Of a stretch of 64,000 bases of DNA, positions 1 through 26,346 are shown piece after piece; within the stretch, counting starts at the first letter, position 1, and every line of letters begins with the position of its first letter. Position numbers and translations under genes: made by a program. The DNA lies in assembly GCF_009914755.1 (NCBI RefSeq), contig NC_060925.1; one strand, written 5' to 3'. Under the pieces are notes generated by a model. It ran no database searches, was not told where the DNA came from, and worked only from the letters and a program-made list of their open reading frames with translations. This DNA comes from the human T2T-CHM13v2.0 reference genome, Homo sapiens.

Positions 1-2910
<2,910 letters not shown>

Positions 2911-4189
2911 TAAGTTCCAAGAATAAAAATTTAAGATGGAATGTAGCTATATGAATTGTACAGAAACCACCTGATTTTTATCAAGTGGTAATATATCATC
3001 ACTACAGCAAACTCTAAATTCAAGCCGGTGATCTAAAAGTCAAATGATCCAAAACCCATTAGCCATTACCAATTCCCCAAGCTAGTTAGTACACAGAGGG
3101 CTCAACTCATTGTGCAATGACCACGAATATGTCATTGAATGTGAAATGATCAAATGTTCTGGAAAATTTATAAAACTTTCACTAGTTTGCACAATTAAAG
3201 TTATTTTGAGAGAAAACAACTTCCGTGTGTATCATTACATTGAACTACTCAACTTTGGCTAGTAAAATATGTACTCCAAAAGGTACTCCCTCTGGGGAAA
3301 GTGTCATAAATATGCTGCTCTGGAATGTACGTGGAACCTAGCAACCACTTTTAAAGTTGCATTTGCTGATGTCCCTCCCTGTCCATTCGCCCTACAAGAC
3401 TAAGTATCTTTAAGAATCAAACTAACGGGCTTTCATCAGTTTTTCCCACTGACAAAAATCATGTGATTGGTCTCTCCACCATTCGACTAAGTGAATCACC
3501 CAATTAAAAAAAAAAAAAACCGCACACTACAATCTTGCTCTAAGACAAGAGACATTTAACAATTAATTATGCGAAAAGCACAGAAGGTACTGTTAGGCCT
3601 TACTCTGAGAATTCACTCTTGCACATTGCTTACAATGTAAAATTTTAACCACCTAGAAGTTACTAGAACATAGTGGACATCTCTCCTCAAGAGTTTGACA
3701 AGCCGGAGAGGATGATGAGCTTAACACTTTACTTCCTCCTCTCTGCCACATCAATCTGCCGGGGGATCAAGTCCTGTTCCAGTTTATGGTTCCCAAGAAT
3801 GGCTGGAAAAGCTATGTATGGAACCTCTTGACAGATTTCTTCCACTAAGGGTAAAAATCGGCGGGTTCTGATGTGACAAGCCATGGGAAATAGGAAAAGA
3901 AAAGCGTCAGTTAAAAAAATAATAATAATAAAAGGCAATCCCAGAATGGGATCCTTTGGAAGAAAGTGGGCTCATTCTTCCACCGGGGCTCCTGGAAATC
4001 CCAGAAGCTAAATCAGGTAAAATGTCCCGGTAACCTCTGGGAGGCGGGACATGACTGCTAAACCAAGGTTGCAGGCCCGTCAGGGGTGTGACCTAGTGGC
4101 CAAGCGGGTAGTGACAAACTTCGGGTACCCCCAAGGAGGGAACCCCGCTTGAGTCACCACAGCCCAGTATGAGTGGGTGAGGGCAAGTC

Positions 4190-4960
4190 TGGTCCAGTCA
4201 CCCTGGGGACCACAGCCCACGCCGGGCTCCCGGGGCCGGGCAGAAGCGGCGGGGGTGGGGCTGGCCCGGCTCACCTTTGAAGAAGCGCAGTGCCAGGCCG
4301 TACAACTCCTCCAGGCCGAAACCCCAGCGCTGCTCCAGCCGCCGCGCCTCCTCCGCCGCGCCCCCAGCCGCCGCCTCCCCGGGCTCGGGCTGCTCCCCTG
4401 AGGCGCCCGGGCCGCGACCGGATCCAGGTGGCGAGGGCGGTGGCAGCGGTGGCGGCAGCAGCGGGGCGCCCTCCGCCCCAGGCCGCTCCTCCGGGTCCGG
4501 GCTGAGCGTGAGGCCGTCGACGGACACCTCGAGTCGCTCTGCGTTCAGCACCGCCGCCATCTCCGGCTGCTGCACCTCCTCAGCGGGGACAGACGGCAGC
4601 CACGTATCGACTTCCTGCTGACCTCTGACCTCCGCTTACCGACACCGGAACTTCCGCTGCTGAGGAGGCTGGAGGGCTCCGGGAGAGGGGCTGAGGCCTG
4701 GCGCCCCACCCCCTCCGGAATCGTCAGTTGCCCTGGCTCAGCGACCACCCTTCAGGCTCCCCAACTCCCGTTGGTCCCGAACTCCCCTCCCCGCACCCCA
4801 TCCTTTCGGATCCCAGTTGCTCCAGGTGGGCGGGTGCTACCACCCCCACCGCTCGGTTCGGTGCTGCGGCTGTCAGTGCCCAGCAGGGGCGGGGTCAGTG
4901 GAGCCCCGCGCGGGGGTCGGAGTAGGGAGGATTGACGAGGTCGGCCAGCACCCAACCCTC
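4190..4960 (-). promoter_or_regulatory. ACBD3: CpG island / TATA-less promoter of ACBD3
   Basis: High GC and CpG density; back-to-back ETS cores CCGGAACTTCCG near 4645-4656; GC box GGGGCGGGG 4886-4894; YY1-like AGATGGCGGC overlapping the start codon. Confidence 0.85.
4275..4560 (-). CDS. ACBD3: ACBD3 (GCP60/PAP7, Golgi acyl-CoA-binding domain protein 3), coding exon 1; gene continues off the left edge
   Basis: ATG at 4560 in strong Kozak context (GAGATGG); translates [50 protein letters not shown]...[20 protein letters not shown]; ends at donor AAAG|GTGAG (GT at 4274-4273), 286 nt, phase 1; matches the known ACBD3 N-terminus. Confidence 0.97.
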
Positions 4961-5528
4961 CAGGTCAGAGGCCCTTCACATTTGCAGGGGCCTGCGTGGT
5001 TGGCAGAGCTCTTTTGCCCACCACCATCTCGTTTGGCCTTCACAGCAACTCTAAGGAAATGCAGGGCAAATTCCCAATTTTTTTAAAAGGGGAAACTGAG
5101 ACTGCAGAGAAATTCAGTGACTTTGAGGTTGCAGACGGGGCTGATCCTGGTTTTGCAGGAAGCGCAGCTCATACAATTTGTGGGGACCCTCATTAGGAAA
5201 GAGTACAAAAAGTTACGCGCAGAAGGGTAGGAAAGTGAATGTATATTTAGAAAGAGAAAGAAAAAACAAATGATATTTTAAAAGTTAATAAAACCCACAA
5301 ACATCACACACATAACCGTAATATTTTCATTGACTGCCTGATATTCTTCTACAGGGCGTCTGAGAGCCCAGAAACCTATTTTTTTCTAAAAGATTGAAGT
5401 CGCCCCCGACATTATGTATATTCACCTGTGTTTCCAGACTTTGGGAGCACCATTTATGATCATTTTTCCCACCTTTGTTTTGGCTGCGTACTTCTGATTG
5501 CCTTTTCCTATAACAATTATTTTGTAAC

Positions 5529-6390
<862 letters not shown>

Positions 6391-6699
6391 GAGGGTTTTT
6401 TTCAGGACAAGATTTGTATGCTGCATTCAGACAGGATCTCATTCATTACGGTGGATAAGACATATAACTTCACATACAGACAGACTCACTGTAGTACAAC
6501 TATAAGTTTTTGTCCCATAAACATAGGGTTTCTAATCTATTCCCTTTTGCATGCTTCACATAAAAACATGAAGTATGGTGCAGTTATAATTGCAGATATG
6601 ACTTAGATTCTCAGTGAGTGAGAACCTTCATTTTGATTAGGCATTGAGAGAATTGATCCCTCTCCTTATAATCTTCCACTTCTGATGGTTGGAAGCATA

Positions 6700-7137
6700 T
6701 TTTTAAGTCTTTTAATTTTAATTACTCAAAGAAGCTTCATTTTTTATTTAGCTTTCTGACCCTGTGCTTGTGCCTTCAACACTCTCACAATGATTTTCTT
6801 TTCCTCGATAAGGAAAACATGCTTGATCCTGTCACAAACACATATAGCACACATGGAACCACCATAGGCCCTGCTGACATGGTTTTTTGTGTTTTGGACA
6901 ATCTCATAAGACTTCGGGTCTTATAGCACGAACCCCTTGAAGTCTGCGTGGGTACACACCACAGTAGATTTTGGTGCTTTCCCAGCCTTCTTGGTATAAA
7001 GGTAAGCAATTATATTACCAGGGGTTCAGGACAGCCTAGTTTTATTAGAAGCTGTATCGTAGGAAAGCCTACAACAGTATGTCAAACGCTGGACCATTCT
7101 ATGTGCCTATAGACAACATCCCCAGAAGAGGAAAAAG
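6700..7137 (-). pseudogene. RPL34P7: RPL34 processed pseudogene (probably RPL34P7)
   Basis: Intronless; ATG 7097 [43 protein letters not shown]...[12 protein letters not shown] (TAA 6744-6746); in-frame TGA at 7026-7028 (CGA>TGA) plus frameshift; 5' TOP-like CTTTTTCCTCTTC leader and A-rich 3' end; paralogue number is from memory. Confidence 0.92.
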
Positions 7138-8041
7138 AATGGAAGAATTTTACTAGCTCTTTCTTTTCTTTCAAACCTTGTTGCTCCTCCACTACCCAAG
7201 TACTTCCTGTGTCAGGCAACATAGGGTTCCTTCGCCCTTTGGCCTTGCACTTTTGTGACATGGTGCTGGCTGAATTGACATAATGGGCAGTAGGTATATT
7301 CCAGAAAGCCATTCCTACACCCATGGTGAGCAATAATTTAAAAACATGCAGAAGTGACTGCAAACCACTTAAATGCATGCCACTGACCCCAAATTAAATG
7401 TATCCCTATTCATTGTCCCCTTAGCCAAATCCCCCACAAAGCCTATAGCCATTTCAATACCTCCTAACCAGAGGAGGATGACGAAGGGAAGTTAGAAACG
7501 AAGACAGAGGTCTTAAATATCTTACTCTCAAAACTGTTACAGAAGTGTATACTGCTAAGGCCGCTCTAAGGGCCTTGGGAGGGGCCTGTGTAAGCAAGGG
7601 GCCCTGAAGCTTGAGCTTCATTAACTTTATGGTAAACCCACTTCTAGTTGTAGAGGACTAAAAACTCTAATTCTACTGCTCTAAGGTCTGTGTTCTTCCC
7701 ACTTAGCTTGGATCTTTATATTTAGCTTCATTAGCTTAAAAATATGCATATTATGTGCCTAACCTTCAAAATGTTATATATACATATATATTCCCCTGTG
7801 TTTTGCTCAGTGTTCTACCTTTAACATTCAATAACTGTTGGGATGATAATGAGTAGGGTAAATATAACCCTTCTTCATGAAATGCTAGATTCTGTTTTCC
7901 AAGTTTTCACGATAAGCATTTCTTTTGTAATCAGAAAAAAAGTTATTTTTTTAAAAAGTATACAATAATTATTAAAACCTATAGAATATACCTAGGAAGG
8001 TAGGTAAAATATGGTAATTAATTAATTACATGGACTTTTTA

Positions 8042-8675
8042 TACAAAAATTAGCTGGGCGTGGTGGTAGGCACTTGTAATCCCAGCTGCTCAGGAGGCTG
8101 AGGCAGGAGAATTGCTTGAACCTGAGAGGTGGATGTTGCAGTGAGCCAAGATCACACCACTGCGCTCCAGCCTAGGTGATGGAGAGAGACTGTCTCAAAA
8201 AAAGACATACATTAAAAAAAATTATATGGACTTTTTTATTGTTTTGTAATTTAACATATTGAATATGGTTGGAAAACCCAAACATCCTCTAGACCAAGCA
8301 TCTGAACCTCTTGCTAATCGAAACATCAAGGGCCATTGTGTAGGTGGTTGCCCTTAATGACTAAAAACATTAGGGGTTGGCACAGTGCGTCATGCCTGTA
8401 ATCCCAGCACTTTGGGAGGCTGAGGCAGGAGGATTGTTCGAGCCCAGGAGTTTGAGAACAGCCTGGGCAGCATAGGAAGACCCTGTCTCTACAAAAAATA
8501 AAAAATTAGCTGGGCATGGTGGCATGTGCCTAGGGTCCAGCTACTTGGGAGGCTGAGGTGGAAGGATCACTTGAGCCTGGGAGGTCAAGGCTCCAGTAAA
8601 CCATGATGGCGTCACTGCATTCCAGCCTGGGCGACAGAAGGAGACCCTGTTTCTAAAAAATAAAATTAAAAAATT
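8042..8675 (+). mobile_element. Alu right arm (8042-8205) and AluJ-like copy (8375-8675)
   Basis: Alu consensus. Confidence 0.88.
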
Positions 8676-8730
8676 AGAGAATATAACTTCGCTTTAACAG
8701 TTCACTGTGGGAGATGAGTTCCAGACACGC

Positions 8731-8865
8731 TCACCTGAATGTCTTATTAAACTGCAGATTCTGACTCAGTAGGTATAGAGGGAGGCCTGAGAGTATACAT
8801 TTCTCATAAGCTTTCTGGTGATGCCGATGCTGCTGTCTACAGACCACACTTTGAATAGCAAGTCT
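8731..8865. mobile_element. MER5A-like hAT-Charlie MITE
   Basis: GCAGATTCTGACTCAGTAGGT...GATGCTGCTG...GACCACACTTTGAATAGCAAG signature. Confidence 0.7.
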
Positions 8866-9090
8866 AGGAAACGTGTTTTTCCCATGCTTTATTGAGTATA
8901 ATTGTTGTATAATAAACTGCAAATATTAAAGTTTACAATATGATGAGTTTTGGCACAGGCATATACCTGTATAACCATTACCATAAAATAACAAACATCC
9001 ATTACTGTTTTGTAATTCCTTCTTCCCCCAAGATTTTTCAATAGATCTTTGTTATAATGCACTTGTCACAGTAGAATCTAACTTACATAA

Positions 9091-9413
<323 letters not shown>

Positions 9414-9543
9414 CAACTACCTGTTTTTCTATATCCCTGTCTTTTATATGTGAGGAGGCACACAGATTGATCAAAAAGGTGTATTTTTGAAAACTTTCAA
9501 ATATCTTCTCCATGTCTGTTCTTTTATAAAAGAGGATACTTTT

Positions 9544-9624
9544 GGGTGTTCTGCCTATGGTGTACCCATTCTTTTATTCCTTTACTTTCTTAATAAACTT
9601 GCTTTCATTTAAAAAAAAAAAAAA
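9544..9624 (+). mobile_element. 5'-truncated, polyadenylated retrocopy of an ERV1 LTR R region (MER41-like)
   Basis: CTGCCTATGG...CCATTCTTTTATTCCTTTACTTTCTTAATAAACTTGCTTTCA, then A14 starting 13 nt after AATAAA (9592-9597); flanked by AGGATACTTT duplication. Confidence 0.7.
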
Positions 9625-9630
9625 GGATAC

Positions 9631-10246
<616 letters not shown>

Positions 10247-10666
10247 AAAAAAGGATACTTTCCAATCCGCAAACTTTGCTGTGTGAATTTCTTAAGCTCC
10301 ATTCCATTCAATAATTTTCCACATGAAGTGTTTACCATTTCTGAAATGCTTTCTGAAATTTAGACTTTCCATTTGTTCTCTCCACATATTTTCATCTTTT
10401 CTGTAAATATCGTGGATCACTAGACAGGGACTGAGTTCAACTTTTTGTTTCCTGCTTTTTCTGGTGAACTAATAATCAGTACTCAGTAAAGTTTTGCAGT
10501 TAGTCTTATTTAGTAATGCAGTACCCTTTAGTAGTGAAAATTATTTTGTATTCCTTGACTGCAAGCACTTAGAGATCAAGGGGCATTTCCCTGGACTTCC
10601 ACAGTCCCTAGCACAGGATAGGAAACATGGTAGGTGTTCAGAATGTCTTACTGAGTGAATGAATGA

Positions 10667-12333
<1,667 letters not shown>

Positions 12334-12391
12334 ATCGGTTTATCATCTTACACAGCTCTCTATCAATTTATATTGTTACTTGCCTGACCAC

Positions 12392-13049
12392 TGTCTTAGT
12401 CTGCTTGAATTGCTATAACAAAATACCATTTACTGGGTAGCTTAAAAACAACAGAAATTTATTGCTCACCATTCGAGAGGCTGAGAAGTCCCAGATCAAG
12501 GCTCCAGCAGATTCAGTGTCTGGTGAAGTCCTGCTTCCTAGTTTATAGATGGCCATCCTCTGGCTGAGTCCTCACATGGTAGAAGGGACAAGGGAGCTCT
12601 CTGGAGTCTCTTTTATTTTATTTTTGAGACAGGGTCTCACTCTGTCACCCAGGCTGGAGTGCAGTGGCGCAATCTCACTGCAACCTCCGCCTCCCAGGCT
12701 CAGGTGATCCTCCCACCTCAACCTCCCAATTAGCTGAGACTACAGACACACTGCATCACACCTGGCTAATTTTTGTATTTTTTTTGTAGAGATGGGCTTT
12801 CTCAAGCTCGTCTTGAACTCCTGGACTCAAGTAATCCACCTGCCTCAGCCTCCCAAAGTGTTGGGATTACAGGTGTGAGCCACCATACCTGGCCTGGGGT
12901 CTCTTTTATAAGGGCTCTAATCCCATTCATGAGGGCTCTCCCCTCATGACCTCATAACCTCCCAAGGGCCCCACCTCCTATACCAACACATAGGGGATTA
13001 GGTTTCAACATACACGTTTTAGGAAGAGGTAAACATTCTGTCTACAGCA
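12392..13049. mobile_element. MLT1A-type MaLR solo LTR interrupted by an antisense Alu (12611-12895)
   Basis: TGTCTTAGTCTGCTT...GCTATAACAAAATACCA...AGAAATTTATTGCTCAC...TAATCCCATTCATGAGGGCTC...ACAGCA with TG...CA termini. Confidence 0.8.
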
Positions 13050-13963
13050 CCACTGTAGGCATTCATAACTCCCTAAGATAGAAGAAAGAGGAATACACAA
13101 TGTCTGGAAGGTTTGTGGATGGCTTCCACACAGGATAGAATTATCTGATTGGTCCCTGTGCTCCTTTACATCTGAAGGATGTGGAAACAATCAGATAGGC
13201 AGAAGGAATACCATCTGCTAATGCCCTGAGGGCTAAGAGAGCCTGGCATGTTTAGTTATCCCTGGCTGGAGCATTTACTGCAAGGGTGGAGAGATAGGAG
13301 ATGAGCCTGGGGAGGCCAGCAGGGGCCAGGTGTGCAGGGCCTAGAAAGATTGGCCTGCGGTGGTCCTGTAGGTGGTGGGGAGCCAGTGAAGGATTTTATG
13401 CAAGGGAATGTCATGAAGGAGAGGCTGCAGGAGAGGCTGGCAGCAGGGAGCTCAGAATGGAGGTTCCCCTTACAGTCCAGGTGAAAATAATGAGATCTGG
13501 AAGAGAAGCAGGGTAGGGAGATGACAAGAAAGAGGAGATTAGTAGCACAGTCAATAGAGCCAGCAGAGCTAACCAGAGTAGGTGAGGGAATGGGAGTCCA
13601 TTACATTTAACTGTGGCAATCTGAGACCCACTTTTTGGACCTCTGTCTCTTTATCTGTAAAAAGTAGAAACTGTTTCTGCCCTAGTTTCATCACATGATG
13701 TTGATAGGTCTAAGTTAACTTATCTCTGTGAAAGTGCTCTAGAAACTTTAAAATATGATAAATAGATAAGATATGGTTTTTATAGTCGCTATAATCATTT
13801 CTCTCTGGACTTCATGTCCAAAACACTCTTTTTTTTTTTTTTTTTTTTGCTTTGAGACAAGGTCTCATTCTGTTGCCCAGGCTGGAGTACAGTGGTGCAA
13901 TCACAGCTCATTGCAGCCTCGACCTCCCTGGGCTCAGGTGATTCTCCCACCTCAGCCTCCTAA

Positions 13964-14164
<201 letters not shown>

Positions 14165-14226
14165 TGAAATTATACATATTTTTTTCAGATTCAAAAGTAA
14201 AGATGATTCTAACAAAAAAAAAATCA

Positions 14227-14902
<676 letters not shown>

Positions 14903-15004
14903 TTATTATGAAATAATATCCTCCAGTTACAGCAAGAAGACGTGAAAGGTTGGGAAAGGAGACCTCTGATTCCAAGGACTCGTTCAAAAGATGCTGAGAC
15001 CGAG

Positions 15005-16105
<1,101 letters not shown>

Positions 16106-16578
16106 TCAGGAGGCCGAGGCAGGTGGATCATTTAAGGTCAGGAGTTCAAGACCACCGTGGCCAACATGGCAAAACCTCATCTCTACTAAAAAAATTACAA
16201 AAATTAGCTGGGCATGATGGCATGCGCCTGCAATCCCAGCTACTAGGGAGGCTGAGGCAGGAGAATCACTTCAACTCAGGAAGTGGAGGTTGCAGTGGGC
16301 TGAGATCATGCCACTGCACTCCAGCCTGGACAACAGAGCAAGACTCCATCTCAAAAAAAAAAAAAAAAGTTTGCGGAACAACTGAAACTGTATGCAGAAT
16401 TCCTGGCATGGCAATACCAGGAAGTTATAGGGGACCAATATCATCTCAATAGCTTTCTAACTATTAGAACTGACCATTAAAGAGTGCCAGTAATAGCTAC
16501 CAAACGCCTCAAAAATGCCAGGAGCTAGGCTAAACTCTTTATATACATTGTCTCATGTTAGCTTGCAATAGCTGTTGA

Positions 16579-16905
<327 letters not shown>

Positions 16906-17179
16906 TAAAAATAAGGAAATTCCAGGTTCAGTTCAATTAAAACATAAAAGAAAAATTAGGAAACTATCCAGGCATGGTGGCTCACACCTGTAATCTCAGC
17001 ACTTGGGGTTCTGAGATGGATGATGGCTTGAGGCCAAGAGTTCGAGACCAGCTTGGGCAACATAGTGAAACCTTGTCTGTACCAAAAAAAAAAAAAGGAA
17101 ACTAAATTACAGAGGTGGCTGGGGGCGGTGGCTCACACCTGTAATCCCAGCACTTTGGGAGGCCGAGGCAGGCGGATCA

Positions 17180-17500
<321 letters not shown>

Positions 17501-17855
17501 TTATCTATTTACCTGTAGATAGACTTTTGGATTTCTTCAAATTCTGGGCTAATACAAATTAAACTGCTATGAACATTTAGATACAAATCTTTGCATAGAC
17601 ATGATTTCATTCCTCTAGAACCTGATGTGTGTCCAAATCCCATCCTGAAGTTCTAGCAGTGCCTCCAGCCCTGGCTGGTTTTTGCCTCATGCATCTTGCT
17701 CACATGTGGGGTGAAATCCATCATTTTCCCTCCACAGATCTGATCAAGAGCATTCCTCAAGGGTATATCCTTGGAAGATCAAGGTCCGTATACAGCTTAC
17801 CTCCCAAACCCCCATCCCCCTCAGTGGGATCTCCCAGGATATTAATAACGGTTAG

Positions 17856-18323
<468 letters not shown>

Positions 18324-19866
18324 TAGTTAATGTATTTCACATATACTATGCCCTACACGCTTTATCTATTTGGTATTATTTCTCAAATTTTTCTTGAAGT
18401 AGATGTTTATAGGTGAGGAAACAAAGGGTCAGGGAGATCTATAATAACAGAACATTACTCAACAGAGAGGTGAGAGAGGGCAGTGCTAAGCAGAGTAGAC
18501 TCTAGAGCTGGTTTGCACAATTTTGGAGCCAGTTATACACTATCCTAGCTGTGTGATCTTGGGCATGTTGCATAACCACCCCATGCCTCAGTTGCTACGT
18601 CTGCAAAATGGAACAATAGTAATAGTACCTAATCAGGATGTTGTGTATGTTAACACATATAACCACACTTAGAATAGTGACTGGCACAGTTAATTCTCCA
18701 TAAGTGTCAGCTATTTAATTATTGCTATTTTTATAAAACCCTCCCAGAGTCCTGAGTCAACAAGGGGATAAGAAAGATCCTGTCACCAGATGCCAGAACA
18801 CAGGCAGAAATCCCAGCTCCTACTCCACATCCAGGCTGCTGTAGGTAAACCACTCAAGGGAACACTACACAAGAAGGAAAAGGCATTCCCAGCTGCCAGA
18901 AAACTATTCAAGATAAAATCTAGGTGTTTTTCTTTTTTACTGTAAAAGTACACGTTTGTTGTAGAAAATTTTGTTAACAGAATAATATAAAGAGAAAAAT
19001 TTAGATAGAATTCTGCCACCAGAAAGCTTCTATTAACACAGGTTCTGTTAATACGATTGTTTCCTAGTGGGGTGCTTTCCTGGCCTGGCCCAGCAGAGGT
19101 TGCTGTTTGAGAAACAAAGCCCTCCTCCCATCTCTTTGCTTGGGGCTGGCCAGGGGAAAGCAAGATTTAAATCCAGTCTCATGGCGAGGGGTGCAGAGAG
19201 CTCTCAAAAGTGTGCACAGGATAGAGACAGTGTCGAGTGCCCATCAATAAGGGACAAGTGACATACATTATGGTACATCCATTCAGTGGAGTTCTAGTAG
19301 TTGTTAACAAGCATGCCCTAAAATGGAAAGATCTCAAAAATATATTACTATGTTACAAAAGCAAGGTGCAGAACCGTGTTTATAGTATGGTTCTTTTTTC
19401 TTTCTTTTTTTTTTTTTGAGACAGGCTCTCTCTCTGTCTGTCACCCAGGCTGGTATGCAGTGGTACAATCACAGCTCACTGCAGCCTTGACCTCCCAGCC
19501 TCAAGCAATCCTTCTCCTTCAGCCTTTGGAGTAGCTGGGACCATAGATGTGCGCCACCATGCCTGGCTAATTTTTAAATTTTTAGTAGAGACAAGGTCTC
19601 ACTATGTTGCTCAGGTTGATCTCCAACTCCTGGGCTTGAGAGATCCTCCCCACTCAGCCTCCCAAAGTGCTAAGATTACAGACATGAGACACCATGCCCA
19701 GCCATATAGTAGGGTTCTTTTGGATTGAAATATGTATGTAGATTAAAAAATAAAAATATATGGGATATATATGGGTGAGATTTAACCTTTCATTTCCTAC
19801 TTTCTGTACTGTTTGAATTTTCCAATCTTCCACATGCATTATTTTTTAAATGCCACTGAGAATTAA

Positions 19867-20223
<357 letters not shown>

Positions 20224-20586
20224 TGAGATTACAGGCCTGGGCCACCGCACCTGGCCCATACTTGTATTTTTTAAAAATAATCTTTTCCTCAAAGCCTATT
20301 GTAGGATTTTTTTGAGCTACAGCACCTGTTGCTACCATAGCTGCTATGCCTCCTAGTGCCTGACACATAATAAATATTGAGCAAACATTTGTTCAATGGG
20401 TGAATAAATCTAATATAAAGGTCAGAAGCATTTCTTTTTAGCTTTATTTCCCTTCAGAGAATATTTCCTGAATTAAATTTACTGCATCTTCCCCTCTAGT
20501 GTTCCTACAGTCCCTGAAGGGCAGGTTAGGTGACAAGGTTATCTTAAACTCACCTTTTGCAGCTTTCCTCTTCTGCCAAAAGCTCA

Positions 20587-20787
<201 letters not shown>

Positions 20788-21097
20788 CTACTCAGGAGCC
20801 TGAGGTGGGAGGATCGCTTGAGTCCAGGAAGTTGAGGCTGCAGTGAACCATGATCGCACAACTGCACTTCAGCTTGGGTGACAGAGAGAGACTCTGTCTT
20901 AAAAAAAAAAAAAAAAAGAAGTATGTATTGGTCACTTACTGCAAAGGACAGAACAAAGAGCTGCTGCTAATTTCTTGGAAAGATTTTCCTAGTGAAGTTA
21001 TTCATTTAACAAACATTAATTGAGCACCTACCATATATTCCTGGCGCAGGACGATTGGGGTGGTCTCTGTTCTAATGTACCCTGAGGCCTGAGCACC

Positions 21098-21720
21098 ATG
21101 GATCTCAGCCCTATCAGACCCAAAGCCTCTTTGTTAAACAGACAGTTTTTAATATCCCTTTTACCATGTGAAAGAAATTCATAAATAAAACAACATATGT
21201 ACCCAATGAATTTGTAAATGTCCTAATTGTAATATAAAGGAGACATACAGGGAAAGTGACTAATAACAAAACTGTGAATGTTTGTACATGACTCCTAGGA
21301 TGATCATGAAGTGGTCAGAGGTTTGAACCTATCCATGGAACCACCCTGAATACATCTGCTGCAAATGCAGATGGATACCAGCTTCTCTGTGGGTGATGTG
21401 ATCTTTTAAATTTCAAACAACCCTTGAGAAACAAATTAGTTTCAGTAATAGATGCTTTCTTGAAAAATTCATCATATGTTAAAACCATGCACAAATTCAC
21501 CGTGTTTATTTGTAAAAACGCAGGTTCTAGGCTCAGATAATTATAGATTGTGTTTTTGTCGCCATAACTGTCCAGGGACGAGGGATGTTGAGTGAACTGA
21601 CCTGTGCATTGCAGGACATCTGGCATCCCCTGCCCCACCCAGCAATCACCAGGCCCATCCTCTCCAGGCCTGAGCCTTTTCTCCTCTGAGAAGAGATCCC
21701 CCACTGTTGAGAACACTGGG
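21098..21720. mobile_element. Old hAT-Charlie-type DNA transposon fragment
   Basis: Ends CATGGATCTCAGCC... and ...GTTGAGAACACTGG resemble Charlie TIRs; MER20-like internal TGTGCATTGCAGGACATCTGGCATCCC. Confidence 0.4.
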
Positions 21721-22164
21721 TCCAGGGGCTGCTATGTGAGGCGTCAGAGGCAGGAACTCTGAAAAGTCAGAAGCAGCCCTGTCTCACTGCATATCTTCAA
21801 GCACCAGGAAGTCCTGACACCCAGGAAAATGTGGTGTGCAAACCCCAGAGCAGGGACTAGGGTGATGGATTCCCAGGTGTCACACAGCAGGATTCTGGCT
21901 GGAACAGACATAAAGGTGATAATCGAATAAAACCCCCAGTAAGAAGGACCTTATAATAAGTACCAAGAGAGCAGGCCAGCCATGCTCTCCCTCATGACAC
22001 AGGCATGTGTGCCAGGCTACATCTATTTAAAACAAAACAACTTTTTAAGGTGTCTGGGAAGCAGGGCTATGGTGGCTGTTGTATTAGGTGCAGAACAGGT
22101 GAGAGGCTCATAGTACATACAGCACACATCAGTCAAAAGGCAGACAGGCAGGGGATAAGGCAAT

Positions 22165-22365
22165 ATTTTCTTATATAATTTTTATTCCTTATGTAATTTA
22201 TTTATTAATCCTTAATATTAATTATATTTAGTATATTTTATACTCAATATATTTTAATATATCATGTATTTTAATAAATATAAAATATAAATATATTCTA
22301 CAACTATAATCAAATAATATAATCATATAAATATTAATGATTAATATTAATCATTAATAAAGAAA
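22165..22365. repeat. AT-rich low-complexity tract containing a 28-bp perfect palindrome
   Basis: Roughly 90% AT; TATTAATGATTAATATTAATCATTAATA at 22332-22359. Confidence 0.9.
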
Positions 22366-22371
22366 TATCCA

Positions 22372-26346
<3,975 letters not shown>

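Noticed and set aside
4198-4274. C-terminal part of the 125-aa ORF
   Set aside because: Read-through past the ACBD3 exon 1 donor into intron 1
17605-17850. Possible old LTR fragment
   Set aside because: Looks repeat-like but I could not assign a family or termini with confidence
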